64,000 bases of DNA from Dimorphilus gyrociliatus (lineage: Eukaryota; Animalia; Annelida), in NCBI GenBank assembly GCA_904063045.1, contig CAJFCJ010000019.1, positions 558,001 through 622,000 on the forward strand, written 5' to 3'. The position numbers were made by a program, and so were the translations under genes. Under the pieces are notes generated by a model, which saw nothing but the letters and a program-made list of their open reading frames with translations, was not told the DNA's origin and did no database searches. Shown piece after piece: positions 60,275 to 64,000 of the stretch (position 1 is the first letter of the stretch; every line of letters starts with the position of its first letter).

Positions 60275-63200
60275 TTATTTTTTCTTGGCCTTTTGTAACT
60301 TGAGAACGTTCGCGGCAGTAATGCGCACTTTACCAGGTAGATTTCTAGATAGGTCCACATCCTGAGAAAAAATAGCATAAAATTAGAGATGAAAATATTA
60401 ATGTCTTTATTGTTATTTTTTCTCTTGTATATATAGCTGTAGAAGCGCTAACGACGCTCGAAAAATCACACGAGTCTCTCTAGCAACAAAGTCCTTATAA
60501 TTAGCTTAACACATGCTAATAACATATTCACTGACTAATTAAATAACGACGCTTTGCACTCGGAAACGTATCTAAGCGCGTGCTTCGATTAGAAATATTG
60601 CTCTTTTAACTTTCTAACTAGCCAGAGCTCTAGGACTCGCCCAGATGAATGCCCAAATGCGAATCTAATCCTTTCAGTTCTTCGACATTAAATGATGCTC
60701 TCTGGTCAAGGAAACGCCCTTGACAATTTCTTTGTTACGATAGTCACGTTTCATCACTCTTGCGTATTACCGTGAATAGAGACTTTACTTTTTTTTTACC
60801 ATTTCAAACAAAACAAAAAAAATACCTTTAAACTTTTAAATAAATCTTTTTCTCGTGACGTTGTCGATTTGTCAGCCAGAAAGGCGTTGACTACCATTTT
60901 CGATGCTGTAATCAATACAAAGCGCATATAATACAAGCTATTGAGTACAGTTTTTTTTCTTCTCTTTTTTTTTTACCTTTCCCTTTCTTATTGTTCCCAG
61001 GTGTTACTTTTACTTTGAATCTGTAATCATTTTGATATAGCATTAACATTGTTCATATAGTATGATTTCTTTTATATACTATTAAGACCCAAAATAGCCT
61101 ACTTGTAATTCGATAATGATGAATAGGGAGCGCACACTGGTATGGCAAACAATAAAGTATCCTCTACCGTTGGCTGTCCTGTAAGCGTATCTAGAATTTT
61201 CATGTTCTAAAAAACAAAAACAAAAACTACACGACGCGTAATTGAAACTGACAACCAACTTCCTGTTGGGCATTATCCCCCTCGTCTTCTCCTGAATCAT
61301 GCTCTTCTTCAGCCTCAATTTTCATGTTTCGGGTACTACCTATAAAAGAAATTATGATTGATAAAAGTCCTATAAAGAAGAAAATTTCTTAATGAGGAAA
61401 AATTACCCTTTTCAGATGTTAAACGTTGCTGGTGTCGTATTTTTGCTTGCTCTTGCCTTTCCCTCTTCTCTTCGAGCAGTTGTTGACGTTTTGCATCTTT
61501 AGCTTTTTTCCCCTTTAATTTTTTCTCCTCATTCGCCATAGACTACAAAATTATTTAAATAAGGGAAAATTAGTGCGATTTAACAGGAAAACTATGTTGG
61601 TCTATTACCCCTAGAATTTTCATGCGCATTTCCCTATCTTCCTCATCCTGATCGCCGTATTTTTGTTTGATCTTTTTTAATTTCGACTGACGACAACAAG
61701 ATAAATTCAATGTAAAATTACAGAGGCATTTTGCCTACAAACGACAAACCTTTTGACCCCTTTTCACGGGCTGCTGGCTCTCATGGCGTTCAGAGGGTTT
61801 TGTTTCGGTGGTGTCCTGTAATTTTTTATTGATGAAAATAAGCTAGCAATGAAAATTATTTGACTATGATTACTCTTTGCTTGATCAATTCTTCATTAAT
61901 CTTATCATTATCATTTGTATCATCGTAGCTCTTACTGTGATGCAAACTAGGGTCATCAGCTTTCTTTTGTTTTTTTTTCATCTCTCTTCTCTGTTTTGCT
62001 GATAGTTTGGCTCCGGCCTTCAAGCTTGAATGGGAGTCCTGTCGACTGATGTCAAGTGGGACACCATCGCCTAAATGGATTATGTCAGCATTGTCATATT
62101 CTTCCGATTTACTATCCGTTCTTTCAACCGCAGCAGTCGCTCTTCCATGTCAACGAATAGCATGAAATTATTCGCTCTAACTAACTATACATAATATATA
62201 TATTTTATATAAAATAAATACCCTTTTTCGGCTTTTAGCTCCACTTTAATGGATGTGTTGGGAAAACACTGATCTTCATTTTCGGACGAGGTGTCATAAG
62301 ACCCATTATTATCACCATCATTATCACCCTCGCTATCATCATTATCACCATTATCATCATCATCCATATTTAGCTCCTCCTCATTTTTATTTTCTGAATC
62401 AGTCTTATTCTTTTCACTGATTCCCAATTCTTCGTCTTCTTCCTCTAGAACTCTTACTTTACGTTCTCCTCTATGCCTTTCAATACAATCGTCATCCAAT
62501 TTAAATAAGAACCCGAAACCATAAATAAGATAAGACGGGGGTAAGTAATTTTTTTTCCCTAATGAAATAAGCATAAATAATGAACGTATAGAAAGCTAAC
62601 TAAGGACCATACCTCTAATCATGAAAGCCCCAGTTGACAAATATTCCCCTGTAGGAGCTGTTTTAGAAACTTGACTAGGATTCACCCACCAAGCGCTAGT
62701 TACTACTTTAGAATCCCAGGCGGCACTCTACAAACAAATAACTTGCTTTAAAATAAATAACAATCGAAAAGGAACAACGTTAAAAAAGAGAAAAATCTCA
62801 TTGTACATTGCATATGGCCATTGTACCGGCCTCATTTAAGGTCTTCGGTGGAACCGGCATCTCATTTCCCATATGATTTTTTATAATGACACTACAAGCC
62901 CCGTGTAGATCGGCATGCACATAGACATCTTTCGACCGCATATATCTTTTAACTATCATTTCATTTTGCTGAGAGTCTCTGCCGCCTATTACAAGATAAT
63001 TCTCGGAACTAATAAACCAGAGGAACTTCTCAAACCTAATTTACGAGCAAAAGCCAGAAATTATTAATGTCTTAAGAAAAGATATAATAAAATATCGGCA
63101 AAATGTGCATACCAATAAACTTTTCGGGCTTTATTAATAGAGGCTATTTTTGAGGCTTCCTTTAAAGTTTCTTTCGTTTTCTTTTCGGCATTTTTTAAAG

Positions 63201-64000
63201 CCTTGGATGAAGCCTCTATAGTCTTTTTTTCTTTTAACGAAGCTTGCCGTTTTTCGTCGTAGTATTTCCTGGCATTGGCAAAAGTAGTTAAACCTAAATC
63301 GATTTCAACTTTTTGAGGTTTCAAGCTGGGATTTTTTTCATAGTCATCCTCATTAAGAGAAGGTTCCCTATTATTAATAATAATAAGAAACCAATATACT
63401 TCAAAATTTAATTAACAATAATGGTCATTTCATCTACTTACGAAAGTAAAAGAGTTATATGATTTCTATCAAGGTTCAGTTGCTTTATTGCTAGTGCGAT
63501 TGTATCTCCTTGTTTTTGCGCTTCTTTCACAAGGCGTTCTATTTCATCCCAAGCAATTTGATTAGCTAATGCGCTTTGAACAATCATAATAGCCTTTTCA
63601 ACTAATTCTAAATTTATCTGAATCAATTCTGCTTTTCTTTGATCAATTTCTTGTGTTTTTTGCAAATTATCTATCCGTTTTTCATGATCTTTTTTAACAT
63701 TGCTCAATTTCTTTAAAGCAGCTTTCTCTTGTTGCAGTGCCTTAATATCTAATTTTTGACTTTCACTTTTTGAGAAGAATTCATCACATGCCTAAATTTT
63801 TAATTAATAAGTATTATGTATTGTATATATAAGATATATATGTCTGAATAATTTATAGAAATAACAACCTTGTCGAAGGAATCAAATTCAATTTGGGAAT
63901 TTTTTTCGTGTTGTTTAAACTTGAATGGATGAAATTCATTATATCTATTCAAAAAGATTACAAAAAAATATATAAAACGCTTTTGATTTGATATATATAT
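60275..64000 (-). CDS. NEMF: NEMF/Rqc2 ribosome quality-control factor, 3' part (5' end outside the window)
   Basis: [93 protein letters not shown]; last exon [22 protein letters not shown]. Confidence 0.96.
60674..60757 (-). ncRNA. Candidate intronic C/D-box snoRNA in the last NEMF intron
   Basis: GTGATGA (C box) and CTGA (D box) span 84 nt with internal hairpin GTCAAGG/CCTTGAC; no terminal stem or rRNA target identified. Confidence 0.25.

Noticed and set aside
60730-60742. 9-nt match to the SSU rRNA 3' conserved TCGTAACAA inside the snoRNA candidate
   Set aside because: Too short, and on the host strand it is in the sense rather than guide orientation
1-64000. tRNA, rRNA, snRNA or transposase/reverse-transcriptase sequences
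   Set aside because: Several GTTCGA hits lack cloverleaf context; no TE protein motifs, TIRs or LTRs recognised by eye (a tRNAscan/RepeatModeler run would be needed to exclude short elements)

Overview
This is eukaryotic (animal) DNA: AT-rich and gene-dense, with about 20 spliced or single-exon genes and mostly ~55-75 nt GT-AG introns. The genes in order are SNAP-25 (5'-partial), a tandem-repeat galectin, a Msxlx homeobox gene, a CNG channel subunit, FoxN2/3, a Klarsicht/nesprin-like KASH protein, alpha-L-fucosidase, ZW10, an SRSF3/7-like SR protein, PTBP, THOC7, a USP, TEX10, lysosomal alpha-glucosidase, progranulin, a TOM20-like pseudogene fragment, a second USP, a TMEM196/MS4A-like protein, an orphan exon, and NEMF (5'-partial). 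USP and Msxlx genes plus tiny introns point to a miniaturised lophotrochozoan-type genome (e.g. a meiofaunal annelid such as Dimorphilus); this is inference. I recognised no CRISPR array, tRNA/rRNA or transposon, and no wholly new multi-gene system. The strongest leads are post-transcriptional or regulatory: (1) duplicated alternative last exons of SNAP-25; (2) a 34-nt frameshifting PTBP exon and an oversized stop-laden SR-gene intron (candidate splicing-NMD autoregulation); (3) CLEAR-like E-boxes at lysosomal genes, including the head-to-head GAA/GRN pair; (4) an over-represented AGAGACGCC motif; (5) a KASH tail lacking PPPX. Exon boundaries were read by eye and may be off by a few bases.
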